A stretch of DNA of 62,268 nucleotides, filler included, from Rhabdomonas costata (taxonomy: Eukaryota), in the NCBI GenBank assembly GCA_019059605.1. It is 26 parts of 26 records of this genome, joined end to end, with 100 filler letters (N's around TTAATTAATTAA, not from the genome) between each part and the next. Parts side by side here need not be neighbours in the genome. Positions count along the whole stretch, not along the records: positions 24,004 to 26,304 come from JAHMHO010004185.1; positions 26,405 to 28,703 come from JAHMHO010004186.1; positions 28,804 to 31,102 come from JAHMHO010004187.1; positions 31,203 to 33,500 come from JAHMHO010004188.1; positions 33,601 to 35,903 come from JAHMHO010004189.1; positions 36,004 to 38,303 come from JAHMHO010004190.1; positions 38,404 to 40,694 come from JAHMHO010004191.1; 19 more parts are not named here. One strand, given 5' to 3'. Shown piece by piece: positions 25,573 to 38,653 of the stretch. Position numbers and translations under genes: made by a program. Numbering within the stretch: position 1 is the stretch's first letter; every line of letters starts with the position of its first letter. Under the pieces are notes generated by a model. That model was not told the DNA's origin. It worked only from the letters and a program-made list of their open reading frames with translations, and made no database searches.

Positions 25573-25789
25573 ATGCCTTCACAGCGACTGTCCAGCGGCT
25601 GTGTGCTTGCCATGCTTCTGCTGCTTTTGCACACCGCAGCGGTGCTCGGGGTACGGGGGCAGCCTTCCCCCACGGCGCGGCGCTTTCGGGGCAACGGAAT
25701 GGCGGCGGAGGTCTTTGAGGCCGCAACCGCGGCGAGATTCGAAAGCGCCCCATGGCACCCGATGCGAGCAGCGACTGGGCCTCCTGTGG
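25573..25789 (+). CDS. First exon of a probable secreted protein
   Basis: MPSQRLSSGCVLAMLLLLLHTAAVLG looks like a signal peptide; GT donor at 25790; pyrimidine-rich tracts upstream. Confidence 0.4.
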
Positions 25790-27470
25790 GTACATGCTCC
25801 GTGCTTTCATGGAACCTTCATCCCCTGTTGTCGGTGTTCGTGTTTGCGGTGGGTTCCTCCGATTCAATTATATTGCCTCGAGTGGTGCATTGACGACACT
25901 TGGAGCAATTGGGAGCTATGAGACTTTCTGGAAAGTCCCACGACTCCTTGTTTTTGGAATTTGTTGTCGCTTCAACGGCCCAGCTCAAAACAGTGGGCAC
26001 TGGATCAGGCGTTTTTGGATTTCGAAGCGTGAAAGGGTGAAAAAAAAACTGGAAACGGTGTTGTGAGGGGTCTGAATGTTGAAAGTATTGAAAGCCGAAT
26101 GGGGAAACTCGGACGTCCCTGAGTGTTGCCACGCACAGAAAGCAGGTTGAGGTTGAGAGGTCTGAGGACAGAGTCTTAGAGTCTTGTTGCTCATGCAAAG
26201 GCATCGGAAATAAAACGGAGCAAAACCAAACGAGCCGCTCGTCGAATTTTGGGCCCGAATTACCAGAGATAGAAAATTAAGCTACATCGGTGTACCCCAC
26301 CACCNNNNNNNNNNNNNNNNNNNNNNNNNNNNNNNNNNNNNNNNNNNNTTAATTAATTAANNNNNNNNNNNNNNNNNNNNNNNNNNNNNNNNNNNNNNNN
26401 NNNNACCACCTCCTGTGGGGTTGGCTGCAAACCTGCACGTGTTTGAAACCCGTGGGTTTTCTTGAAGTAACCTTTTGAGATTGCCGGGGTAGAGGAGAGC
26501 AGCGGTCGTGTCCCGGAATGGTGCGTTTTCAAAGTGGAACCACCCCTTTCTCCACCAGGCTTCGCTGAAACCTGCATGCTGAAACCCTTATGGCTCAGGA
26601 AGCCAAACCAAAACCGAGCAGCAAGGTTTTTGAATGAACTTAGAGCCGGGGTTAGGCCAGACTATCCCCGTGCCCCTGAATGGTGTGTTGTAGAAGTGGC
26701 AAGATTATGGAAGGTTTCGAATGTGGCAAAACTCAAAATAATTCTGCACCTTTGACCCCTCTTCCCCTCGTGAGTCAGTGTTGGGACAAAAACCACGCAC
26801 ATACCATAGACCTATCAAACATTGACTCTTGAGGAGATAGAGGGGGAGAAGACAAAACTGGCCACGCAGGTGCTATTTTATGTGCAATGTTTTACGTGCA
26901 AATTATGGTAATATTTCCCTTTTTTTTGCGGATTTTTTTGGACCTAATTTTGCTAGTTTTTAGGTGGTTAGGCTAGCATTTTTGGTGGTTTCGGCCATTT
27001 GACGCTTCTGGGGAGCCTACTGGAGACTTCACAAGAGAGTAAGGGAAGGTCATGGTGCAAGAAGGAAGTTCAGGGGGAGGACTATGTTAGGGTCAAAAAG
27101 AGCCCTTGGGCAGCGAGTGCCAGAAAGTCTCGGAATTATTTGACTTCTTTTCTGTGGAGAGGATCCCTTTTGTTTTGAGTTTTGCCATATGAATTCGGTT
27201 TAGTTCCGCTGGGTTGCTGTGAATTCTGAGTCACCTTTCCCATGCGATCTTTTTTCTTGGGGTTTACTAAAATGTTACCGAGTGGGCGGTGGCTTTTGCC
27301 TACTTTCTCTTTGAGTTCGAGTTCATTTCGTCTGAGCTTTGGGAGGTATCGGAATTAACGTGGCACCTGTGCGTGCACCCGTGGGGTTGAAAGGGGTTGG
27401 TTTCGGGTGTCAATGAGTATGCCCTTCCGAGGCACACCGTCACAGCAGAGCGGCTGAACAATAATAAAAG

Positions 27471-28474
27471 GTCACGATGCGGGACGAGAAGTTGGAGCGG
27501 TACTGCACAGAGTGGGCTCTTCTGGATCCTGACGACCAGTGGTGGCTGGAGGTCCCGCAGGTGTGCCCCTTTATATATGTGGGTGTGGGTGTTGTGAACG
27601 TGTTCTCGTGGTTGTGTGTAGATGGAGTGTGGGGGTGGGTGAATGGGTGGCCACGCTGGATGCAGGCATCCTCGAATGGGGGTGTCCCGGAGTACTGCCA
27701 GATCGACAACCAGTTCTACCATGGGCACTGCCTCAGCCGGATCTCTGGCCGCACTTCTCACGCATGTTCCCCCTTCCCTTTCACGGGCGAAATTTGCGCA
27801 CTCACATACACTCTGTTTTTGGGATGTTGCTCAGGAACAAGTTAATGCTGTGCTTGTCTTTTCAGGTGTCCGGTTGAGGACCATTTTCAATTTTCTCGGT
27901 GACGTTTTGTCCACTTAACGGATAGAATCAGCATGCCAGCATGCCAGTTGGACGCGAAATATGGCAATATGATGCCCGCTGTTCGGTGATTCGAAGCCCT
28001 TCACTGGGTCCATTTGGAGTGAGCAGGGCAACATTCGTTCAGGGAGCGAAGGCCAATCCGCGACGCCGCCAGCACGGGCGGCTGGAGCGGGAACGTAACC
28101 TTTTACGAACTTTTAAACATACTCCCATATGAAAGAATTATTTTCAGTGGTTATCGTTACCACTTCCCTCCCCAAAACCAGAGTACCGAATTTTCTCGTC
28201 GTGGCGGCCCTTTGCAGCTCTCGCTCTCCTTCTGAGTGACTGCGATATTTTCAACGTTAGAACAACAAGAACAAATGGGCTGGCTCCGGCCTTCTGCAAA
28301 AGCAGAACACACTCATGGTTGCAACCGCAGCTCGCTTCGCATGTGTCCTGTCTTGTGGGCTGCAGGGTTCTCCAGCTGGGCCCTCGCCGGGGCTCGCCGT
28401 GCGCAGCGTGGCCGTGGCGGTGCTGGCCGCTGCCCTTGTCCAGGCACGAACCCTGCAGCACTATCTGTGCCCAG
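27471..28474 (+). CDS. Hypothetical spliced protein fragment
   Basis: GC-rich exons: 27471-27560 (VTMRDEKLERYCTEWALLDPDDQWWLEVPQ), one from 27666 (ASSNGGVPEYCQIDNQFYHGHCL) and one at ~28366-28474. Confidence 0.45.
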
Positions 28475-29002
28475 GTGCCCCATTCTTCCCTTTGACCTGC
28501 ACTGCAAGGGTGTTGGGCGGTGACGGTGTTGCAATGCAATGCGAGACAATCAATGCCCTTCTGCAGTGTCTGAAAATAATCGAACATAACCTGATCAACA
28601 ACATCCCCACTTGTATCACAGCTGCATCGCTTAGAACCCTTGTTCGTCCAAGACCACCTCAGGTCAGACATTATTCAGACCATATATAAACGTCACACAA
28701 CCCNNNNNNNNNNNNNNNNNNNNNNNNNNNNNNNNNNNNNNNNNNNNTTAATTAATTAANNNNNNNNNNNNNNNNNNNNNNNNNNNNNNNNNNNNNNNNN
28801 NNNAGTGAAGTTTGCACTCAGGTGTCGCCTTCTGCGTTTGAGATGTCGAGAGCCACCCTACACTTTTTAGTTAAACATGTAAAACAAGATCATTGCTTAC
28901 TCATCGAATAGCGAAGGGGTCGTGACCTGAAGTCACGGCACCTTCGTGTTTTTGCCGGCATACAAGGCAGCTCTTTCGAATTTTATTCTATCTTTTGCCC
29001 AG

Positions 29003-31028
29003 GAGGATACCCTTTCGCTGCACGGCAGCCTCCTCTGCGTGCTCAACGCGGTGCTGGTCACCTCCCGCGCGGCCTGTCGCGAGTTGGTATACATTTGAAC
29101 TCCTGCTTTCCACATTCGCATGGCTTTAACAGAGAGCGCTGGTGGCGGGAAAATACGTTGGGCATGTAGTGCCCCCAACCCCCTTTTGAACATTCCCCAT
29201 TCCCCATTTGACCCAACTTTTGGTTGCGCTTTGCTTGGATGTGTTACCGCCCTTTTCAGGGACGCGTGGAGGGCTTGGACTCCTCTGTGAAGATGGAGTT
29301 GCAGCCGCCGTCTCTGGGTGTGCACTTTTCTTTCTGTTCAGCACGACAGAGCGATGTGCGTGGTGTGGGCAGCCTGTGTGGAGGTATGGCATGTTTTGAG
29401 GGAACCTGCCCGAACACTCCACGCTCGCAGTGCTGCAGTTTTAGCAACCCTTGGGCCGGTTGTTTCCGCGACTTCGGGCGTTCTCAATCCCCCGCTATTT
29501 TCTCACTGTTGTCAATCACAGTCCAGTCCTTCCGCTTGCCCCAATTGGACTTTGAGTGCCTTGAGACACCCCTTACGAAACTCTTTGACGGATTGGAACA
29601 TGTATTTGTTCCATCTTGTGCTGTCTTCAGGGAAAGGAAACATCGTCGATTCCAACGGAAACCCGGTGTCCTTTTCAAAAGACCCCTTTAGGGAGGACCT
29701 GTGGGGGCCTCTTTTGGGCTATTTAATGCCTGCTTTTACCTTTTTTGGCTTACGTTGGAAGCAGCTCGGTTTTTGTCGCAGGGCCTTTTGCAGCGGAATC
29801 CTCCCGAGTTATGTTTCCTCCGTCGTGGGTTCCCGTTCAGTCCAGGCCCCCTGGAACTGCGCCGTCTCCTGCCGCCAGCAGAGCCTCCTCCTCCTCTTCA
29901 GTGGTCGCCTCTGCGGTGTGTGTCGTGGTAGCTGCTGCTGCTGTTTCGGCAGCGGCAGCAGCTGCTCGGCCTGCAGCGCGGGATGGGCGCAGGACGAGCG
30001 CTGGGGCCTACGGGCTGAGCCACCAGTTCACCCCATTGGAGTTGGACCCAAGCGGGTGCGCCCCCTCTCCCCGAGCTTCCCTTAAATGTCCACTGGATTC
30101 TGGCATCTCAAAAGAAACAAAGAGCACCAAGAAAGACTTCCGCCGGAAGAAATCGGCGTCGTTTTCTGTTTCGTGAGTGCCTTACTTCTGGGGCGAAGGT
30201 GAGCATTCAGGCGCAACGCACTTTCTGTCAACCTGACCATACCTCCCATTCTAGTCTCATTTCCCTCCTTCTTCATTCTTTGTGCCTCTGTTCTGTTTCT
30301 CTTTATACTGGACACGGGACACTTGAAGGCCGTTGACAGATTTCGTGGATTCAGCGGGCTCCATCTCACATCTAGATTTGCAGAGAGCACTGCGCTGGAC
30401 GAGCTCCTTGCACTCCCCGTCGCCTTGAGCGACGACTCGCCACCACGGGCCCTGCCCGCCGTCTCCGGCGGCTTTCTCCCGGAGTTGCTTGGGCGGCCCT
30501 TGCCCAGGCATGGCGTCCCCAGGGCAGGGGACAGAGGAAGGCTGCCGCACCCCATAGGTGGGCGGGCAGCGGCCCTCCATGCTTTGCCAAGGCCCCTGTG
30601 TGTGGTGCAACGGCTGCTGGGCTTGGCGGCACAGTCGTGGACCTCAGTTGGTGGCCCTGCAGGTGTCCTGCTGTGGTTTCGAAATGGCACACGCAGTTGG
30701 ATCTTTGTTCTTTGTTTTAATCCTTCGTACCTCCCAAGAAAAAATTTTCCTTAGAAAAGTTGCCTTTGCCTTAGGTAACGAGTAACAAGCACCTAATGGC
30801 AATTTGTCAGGCCTTTTTTCAGCGGGGATGATAAGAAAGATTAGGGAGGAGGGGGGCGCCGAATCCTGAATGTCAAGGGAACGCGCTGAATTTTGCAAAG
30901 GAATGCGCTTGTGAAGGGTTTTGTTTTATCCGCCCAATTTCCGCAGCGCTTTCCGTGGTGAGCTCCCTTCTGGAGTGCCTGTGGACTCTGGTGAGCTCCT
31001 CAAGCATCCCGTGGGCTGTAAGGCAGAG
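29003..31028 (+). CDS. Hypothetical protein fragment, six exons
   Basis: Six AG/GT-bounded blocks (first 29003-29086, last 30947-31028) join in consistent phase without stops; no family recognised. Confidence 0.6.
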
Positions 31029-31202
31029 GTGGCACTCCCTTTCTGCGCTGCTAACTTCTACTATGTACGTGTGCTGTCTTAACATCCTTTTCACCCAACC
31101 CCNNNNNNNNNNNNNNNNNNNNNNNNNNNNNNNNNNNNNNNNNNNNTTAATTAATTAANNNNNNNNNNNNNNNNNNNNNNNNNNNNNNNNNNNNNNNNNN
31201 NN

Positions 31203-31720
31203 GGACCTCTTCTCGCGGGAACGACCCTTGGAGCTTTTCTTTCGGATGGGTGAATGGGCAGTGCCGGTAACTACAGGCGTTGCCGTGCCAGCACATCACT
31301 CCAGAGTTATGTTGCGGGATATTCCTGCCCTCTTCCGCTGAACCTCCTCCACCTCGGGGTTGCCTCACTGACTCTTTGCCTTGGTGCAGTACTGCGAGTA
31401 CTGTCGATTCGTGTTGGCGGTAGCATATGGGTTCTGATTTCTCTGCGATGCTTGATGGTCCGCTTGTACCTCTGCACACTGGGTCCGGCTCTGCGTGGGT
31501 TCGTTCTACTAGAGGCTCCTCCCTTGGGTGCACAAAGGGACACCGTTAAAATTTGCATCCCGTGCCAGCATCGCATTCCTGGGGCACACGTGCTCGTCTT
31601 CCACCTTCTTTCGGCTGCGGCTGTCATGTCTCGTCCCTGGGGCGGGGGTCTCTGTCGTCGGCCTCTCCCGCTCTGCGTCCCCTGGATGCTCCATACTTGA
31701 TCCAAGCGGCCATCTTACCC
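31203..31720 (-). pseudogene. Disrupted ORF with two C-x5-C-x4-C-x3-H zinc fingers
   Basis: One intact finger, CWHGNACSYRHCPFTH (31293-31246). The other reads C..CKF*RCPFVH with an in-frame TAA at 31548-31546, and there is a TGA further upstream in the same frame. Confidence 0.55.
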
Positions 31721-32103
31721 CGTCCCTTCTTGACCCCTATCCCTCGGCTCCTGGCCCTCGGTGTGTGTTTGTGTGTATATCGAAAAACTCGGGGCAACTG
31801 AACACCGAAAAATATGGGAGTAGCAGGCAACAAACAAGACACACAGAAAGCTACTGTGAGAAAAATCGGGAGGCAACGGACGGAGACATAAAATGGCCAC
31901 TCGGGCGAAAGGAAAAGTCCATGCCTTTCGGTTCGAACGACGCCCTAACCAAGAAACTGAGCTCATGGCCCCACCCACCTGCATGTTTCCACCACTGCCG
32001 GCTTCAACCGACCGCACAATGGCTCATTTAAATCTGGCATATGAAAAAGCAAGATCACGGCAACAACACATGTTCTCACTCACTCATTCATTCACTCACG
32101 CAC

Positions 32104-33130
32104 CCGACTTCTGGGACATCGCGTCGAGGTGGAGGAGCTGGGACCCCCCGGCGGACATCAGCTGCACCGAACCTGTCCCAGACAGACAGGCAGACAAAAG
32201 GCGGGAACAAAGAACCCATCTGACGACGCAGCAGCAATGAGAAACGCAGAACCTGTTGTTGGCACAGCCACCCAATGGTGTTCCATTGCGAGCACGCTTC
32301 CAGTGCACGTGTCTTTTTCTGTCTTTTCTTCTCTCCGCTGTCTGTGCTCGTCCCGATAGCTTGTGCAGAGCCTTTGGGACAAAGGTGGAGCGCACCTACC
32401 TTCTTCCTCTCCGGCAGGCCATTTACGCAATTTTTGCGCCATTTTTGCAGATCAACCCCAAAAACCTCGAGCATGTAAAGGGAAAGGAAGGAGGTGGCAG
32501 AGATACCTCCGCCTGCCTGTCCTGCCCCCGAGGTCGAGGAGCTCCCCAGTTCCCTCACGCACGCCGAGAGCATGTTGGTGAGCTCGTTGCGCTCGTTCAC
32601 GACCTTCTTCCAGTTGTCCGAATCGTTGGGGTTCTCCTTGAGCTGCCGCGTCAGCTGCTTGGAGAACTATGAGCAAGGGGCAATTCTCCAATCACCACGG
32701 AGCCCCAACTTCCGTTATACCGGTTCAACGAGAATCACGTTTCTTTTTGAACGCGAAAAAATGGCAGCGGGTTTTTCACTGCAGCATCTCCTCCTGAGAT
32801 GATGACAACTCCCTGACATCCTGGGCCATTGTGATGTGAGGACCGTTCTGCCCTTCTGCCCCGTCAACTGCTGTGTGCTGGGGTCTCATAGCCCAATTAC
32901 AGACACTTCACACAGTCCCTCGATAACCAGTGGTGTACCCAGCGGTGTACCCATGATGCAACTGCAACAACCAATGGCACCAACCACGCTCGAGCCAAGT
33001 CAGAACCCCAGTTACAAGAAAAACCTCCGACTGCACACAGCCCCATTCGTTGTTCTGGTGTGCGGACCTCTTTGAGCCGAGCGGAGATGGCGAGCAGCTC
33101 CTCCCTCTGCTGCCGCTCCACGACGTTGTC
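32104..33130 (-). CDS. DRC9/IQCG-like (nexin-dynein regulatory complex) coiled-coil protein, internal fragment
   Basis: In-phase exons 33130-33068, 32666-32507, 32172-32104 give ELLAISARLKEFSKQLTRQLKENPNDSDNWKKVVNERNELTNMLSACVREL. This resembles the LcR.Lk.NP..dN..Ki..ER segment I associate with IQCG/IQCD. The gene is solid; the family call is from memory. Confidence 0.55.
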
Positions 33131-34198
33131 CTGCACAGCGAAAACGGTAAGGGGCTAATAACCTTGCAAAGAGGTTCCAGAGAAGAAAGAACAATAAGGA
33201 AGCACAACGAATTGGGAAGAAAGGAAGCGGGTGCATGAGCGAAGAGTGGCAGCAAAAGGAAAAGGAAAACAGAACTCCCCAATAAGGTGCGGAAATGGAA
33301 TGAGCAATTCGGCAAGATGCAATGACATTCAGAAAAACCGCCAATTCAACCATTGTGTTCACGCAGAATCAGAAATAGCCCCAATTTTGCATACAAAAAC
33401 TTTCCGTCAACTTGGAGGACGAAACGAGAACCGCAGTCGTACGAAGCAGGCATGCAGAGATCTGGTGCACAAAGAAAAAAGTGCGTGGGAACACCCCACA
33501 NNNNNNNNNNNNNNNNNNNNNNNNNNNNNNNNNNNNNNNNNNNNTTAATTAATTAANNNNNNNNNNNNNNNNNNNNNNNNNNNNNNNNNNNNNNNNNNNN
33601 GTGGTTGCCCTTTTTGCGTTTTCATGTACTTGGAAGGGCCTGCGAACTGGGACTTTCGCGTGCCAAGCTTTCGGTCGGACTGCTTAACTTATCAAGTGTA
33701 ACCCAGGCTGCTCTGGTTCGTGCTTTTGGGTGTGCTCGTCTCGCCTTCACATTCACTCACACATCTCAATGTCGCAGGTGGATTGGTGAGTGCTGGAACC
33801 ACATGCACGGCACGAAGAGTGGGTTTTCTCCCCTGCCGAACGTTCCTACAGTATGTGGGTGGAAGGGTGAAGAATGTTTTTGAATCCCCCGCTCTTGCTT
33901 TTGAGTGCCTTTCACTCTGGCACCCTGAAACTTTGGTGCTGAACTTTTCACCCAGGAATGGCACTGCAAGTCTATTTCTCTCCATTCATAGCTGCTGAGA
34001 ATAGTCAAAGTTTTTCATTAACCTTTTTCCTTTTGTCCCTTTCCTGTTGTTGTCACTTGCCGTTTACACACATTTCTGGCACCTTCCTGAGGCAGCTATC
34101 GTGTGATAAATGGTGAGTGGATCGTCAGCAGACATGTTAGGTGGGTCACAGTTCTCATCCACCACCTCTCACTCACACTCTCTTTCTCTGATTTTCAG

Positions 34199-35678
34199 GT
34201 TGACGCCGTGCCCACCCCCCAGCTGCTGAAGTGGGAGCTCAACGAGGCTGCCCTGCAGTCTATCGAGAAGGCCAAGAAAAGCGTCCAAGCCTCGATGTCC
34301 AACGTCGATCTCACCTCTCTGGAGTACACCGCGCTCTCCCGCGACACCCTCTCCAAGAAGTGGAAGGTCTGCCTTGCTGCAGTACTCGATGTTGTGGTGA
34401 TCCACTTTTTCTTCGTGCGTCCAAAATCGTCCCAGCACACCCTTTCAATGTACGTACATGGGATCGAACGCAAAGGTCTCCCCCGATGGCGCTGCCCAAG
34501 TGGCGTACAACCTGGCCCACAGCATCGTGCACGGCTACCAGCCCGCAGTATACGAATCGTGCTCGACCCGCAACTTCTTCCACGGTCGGACGGAGACCAT
34601 CCGCGCGGCGACCCCGGAGGCCAAGGATTTCATTTACGTGTGTTACCCCTCTTCCTCCCCCTCCTTTTCTCCTGTCCTTAGACACCCTTGTAAATTTTTG
34701 TGAGCCTTTTGGGGGTTTCCCCAGTTCAGCAGCCCTGTTTTGTTTCACTTTGCGTTCGAAGCACGTGTTCGGATTTGATTCCAGCTTCTTTACTTTTTGC
34801 CGTCTTTTGGCTTTGCTCATTTGACCTCCTGCAGCAGGCTGCGAGGAGAGAGGATGGGTATTGTTTGACAAATAGGAGAAGACCCACTGCGTTTCGGCAG
34901 TCGCTGCCTTTTTACGGGGGAGAGGGGAGCGTCAAATGGAATGAATTATCACACCATTTTAAAATGTGTTAGACGAGGAAGGACGAAACGAAAACAACGG
35001 GACACAACCAGACACAACCCCGTCGACCTCCGGGCATTCTCAGTCTGGTTCCGCCCACCCTCCTTCCCTCTTTCCGCTTTAAAACGGCAACAACAGACCT
35101 TCCTGGACAAGAGCAAGTCTGCCTCGGAGAAGTGGGCGAAGTTTGTTGCAGCCACCGCGGCGCACGGAGAGCGCGCCCGCGAGGCCTCTAAGGCCCAGGG
35201 CGTGGACCGCCACATGTTGGGGCTGAGCAACATGGCCAGCGTGGCTGGCATCAAGCATCCCCTGTTCAGGTTGCTTCTTTGCGTGATGGCGTGATGTGAG
35301 TTGTGTTGCAGGTGATTAACATGTCACTCGGTGACTCGGTCACTCTTCCCATCTCAGTCGTCCCTCATTTTTCTGATGCTTCGTCTTGGTTCATTGGCTG
35401 TTCGGTGGGAAGTTGCCCTTTGCAAACAAAAAAGCCATGAACTCTGTTGCAAATAAGACCAGAAATGGCTAAGCTAATGGGATGCCCAAGGCACCGGCTG
35501 TTGAGCGTGTGAGCGTGAGCGTGGTCAAAAAACAACGCGTCCACGTCTCCTGCATCCCGTTTATTTGCCTTCCTTAGCGACCCGCTGTTCAAGAGGGGCA
35601 AGACGTGGAGGCTCAGCACTAGCAACATCACCACCCCGTACATCTCCTACTTCGCCTTCGGTGCGGTCATCCCCGACG
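34199..35678 (+). CDS. Carnitine/choline O-acyltransferase (CPT2-like), C-terminal region, 4 exons
   Basis: Exons 34199-34366, 34476-34637, 35097-35269, 35578-35678 give SPDGAAQVAY, YESCSTRNFFHGRTETIR, QGVDRHMLGL, WRLSTSN and FGAVIPDG. Confidence 0.93.
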
Positions 35679-35823
35679 GTGTGTGCGTGTGTGGTAGAAT
35701 GCTAGAGGCAGAAATGACCTCCAAGCAATGCCTTATGCAACGGCTCTGTGAGGGAGGCGGGTGAAAAACGATGCAACGAAGTATGACACAAGAGTCCGGG
35801 GTCGGGCTCCATGTCTCATCATT

Positions 35824-35825
<2 letters not shown>

Positions 35826-35858
<33 letters not shown>
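35826..35858 (+). repeat. (TC)n microsatellite, intronic
   Basis: Directly visible. Confidence 0.9.
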
Positions 35859-35861
<3 letters not shown>

Positions 35862-37329
35862 CGAAACCGTATAACAACGTCTTACCGTTTAACACACCCA
35901 CAANNNNNNNNNNNNNNNNNNNNNNNNNNNNNNNNNNNNNNNNNNNNTTAATTAATTAANNNNNNNNNNNNNNNNNNNNNNNNNNNNNNNNNNNNNNNNN
36001 NNNGGGGTGGGTGGTTTCATCGCTCATTAAACGGCAGGCACTTTTTTCTATTACCATGTACTGGATTGGTAAATGTAATGGTATAGTGTGTTATTATCTC
36101 ATTCACTTAATTGTATCATTGCTGTAATGGGGTAAAAGTTTGGTAAGATGGTTAGGTGTACTGTACAATGTGATTGCTGTATTACAAAAAGTGGTTGTGT
36201 ATTCCGTGCCCATACCACACTAGCTTTTCTGTTGTAAACTCTATACGATTATTAATTGGTTGTTTTAGTGTAAGTATGGTTTTCGGAAGTGGAATGATAT
36301 GCGGATGGGTATGCGTTGAGAATAATATCTACATGCTCCTGTTATTCGTTCACATAGAGACGTAATACGTCCAGATATGTGTGACTTTGTGATATGCGCT
36401 GGTGTTACTAATGGGTAAAAAATGGATCACAACCAGCACAACGTCTGATGGCCAGCTTGATGGATACAATTGCTACTCACATTCACCGCTGTATATTAAG
36501 CATCATCTCACCTCTTTTCGGTGATGTTACGCATTTCAAATCCCAAATACTCAAAAGTAACCAAATCATTTCACAACAAGGCACAACTCGTTTTGAAATT
36601 TTCATACTTGAATTCAGTTTACTTAAGAATCAAGTTTTCTCTTAAGTTTATTCCGCTGTCTTATATGTAGAAAGTGTTTCCACTTGTCGTTTGGAATGTC
36701 GGAAAAAGAAGAAAGTAAACGTAATTAGAAAAAAAGCAGTGGTGAATGTACTGTGACTAGCAGACCCATACTCTGCTCTTGTGCTGCGTCACTGCCCGTT
36801 TGTTAGGCTGGACTGAAGGGGAAGGAGAAAATCTATGGGCACTTCATGTAGTTCTTTTCCTCCTTCGGAAAATCTTGACTCCTGATAATCGGGGCCGTTC
36901 TGCACTGGATGAAGCAAAGTGAAACTCAATGTCTTAGAGCCACAAATGGAAGATTTTATGACAAGTTCCCGATTTTTGTATACATATTAGGTAGTGAGTT
37001 GACCACCATGGAGACTTTTGAATTAAGGTCATCCAATAGGCTGCTGCTCCGCTGAAGAAAAACCCTAAACTGGAATTGGTTTCAGTAGTTTTTGAAGGAC
37101 CAACGCTTTGGGAATTTGAGCGTGACACGGGCAATTTTGAAGACAAGAGCTTTAACAATAAACGCAAATAACAAACGGACATAAAAGAATCATGGAATAA
37201 CCCTTCAAATAACGAAACAACGATCTGCAACAGGATCGTGCGGTCACAAATATATTTGTGCTAAAGTTTTGATTGATGTTTTCAAGGTTTTCAAAACTAG
37301 CAGCTGTGTTCTGGACAGATGTTTTGCGG

Positions 37330-38303
37330 CGTCAATCCTCGGAAGATGATACGAGTCTGCAACGGTAATCGCATTCAACTGGCGGTAATCTACACACAAC
37401 CTCAACTTACCATTCGCCTTTGGAACAAACAACACTCTTGCTCCATACGGAGATGTATCTGTCTCTATAAAGCCCAAATATAGCAAGCTTTTTAACTGCT
37501 TCTTTAACTCCTCATCTTCCGCTGGAGACATCCTATACAACCTCTGCGCTGGGACCTTACTGTGCGACTTCAAATCAATGCGATGGTCGGTCTTCCTCGC
37601 CGGCGGTAAGCCTCCCGGAACCTTGTCAGGAAATTCCTTGCAAACTCCTTATTCAACTTCTCTACCTCTGGCGGAGTCGGCCACACTGCGCAGGGGGGGC
37701 CACAAATGCTGTGGTACACCTCCTTGATCAGCTTCTCAACTTCTTTTCTAGGCGATTTGCGCAACTTTCTGCGCGTCTTCCACTTATGCTATTGCGCTCT
37801 TGCTAACGCACGCTGATCTTCTGCAGTCGGCACAACCTCCTCTACTGTCTGCAAGTCTTCCGCAATAACTGCAAGCTCCTCTTGCAACACCGAATTATCC
37901 GTCACACTGGCTTCCGCATCACATTCTGCTCCCATCTTAGCGGAATGCTCCACTGCTAAGCTTAAAGAGAGCGTTTCTTTTAACAGGGCTGTGGGCGTGT
38001 CTTTTCTTGTCGCTCCCTCCCCATTTGCTTGCCTTATTCCTCTACCCCCTCCAACTCAGCGTGCACTCCAGTAGTGGGGCACGTTATTCGAAACGAGTCC
38101 ACTGCAGGAAGCGCCTGGATCTCGTAACACGCCACACGTTTACAAATTTTCGCTTCCACTTGACTTGCGGCTGAACCCGCGTTAAGAACTGGTAGTCCAA
38201 TACAACCGGAATGGGCGTCTTAATCACTCGTAAGTACAACTTCACAGGCATTTCTCCCAGTCTCCCTGTCACACGAACAAAGTGAGTAACAGGCAACCCC
38301 ACA
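37330..38303 (-). mobile_element. Degenerate Ty3/gypsy LTR-retrotransposon pol fragment (protease end to RT N-terminus)
   Basis: PVVLDYQFLTRVQPQVKW; frameshifted [77 protein letters not shown]. Similarity is lost before the YxDD motif. Confidence 0.93.
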
Positions 38304-38653
38304 NNNNNNNNNNNNNNNNNNNNNNNNNNNNNNNNNNNNNNNNNNNNTTAATTAATTAANNNNNNNNNNNNNNNNNNNNNNNNNNNNNNNNNNNNNNNNN
38401 NNNTGTGGGGGGGGACAGAACCCCCCGAAAACGTTTAATCGTTGGCAACTCTTTTTTCCGTGGGTTTCTTGTTTTTTTTTTGCGCGTACAAACGAACGTG
38501 ATGTGTGTCAATTCAGTTTTTGGGTATATCCACAAACATCGACTGTTTGCGGAGGAATTCGACGTACTCACGCTCGAGAGCGCTTGGACAACTTTGGATT
38601 TTCCGGGTAAGGCGCGGTTTGGGTTGCGCGTGCTCTTCTTTTTTTATTTGCAG

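Noticed and set aside
31546..31548. Stop-codon reassignment (TAA=Gln) suggested by the in-frame TAA in a zinc finger
   Set aside because: None of the well-supported exons (LYS4, CPT2-like, CDK, BTB, LRR, EGF) contains an in-frame stop. TAA, TAG and TGA each end plausible genes, and the same ORF also has a TGA, which fits pseudogenisation.
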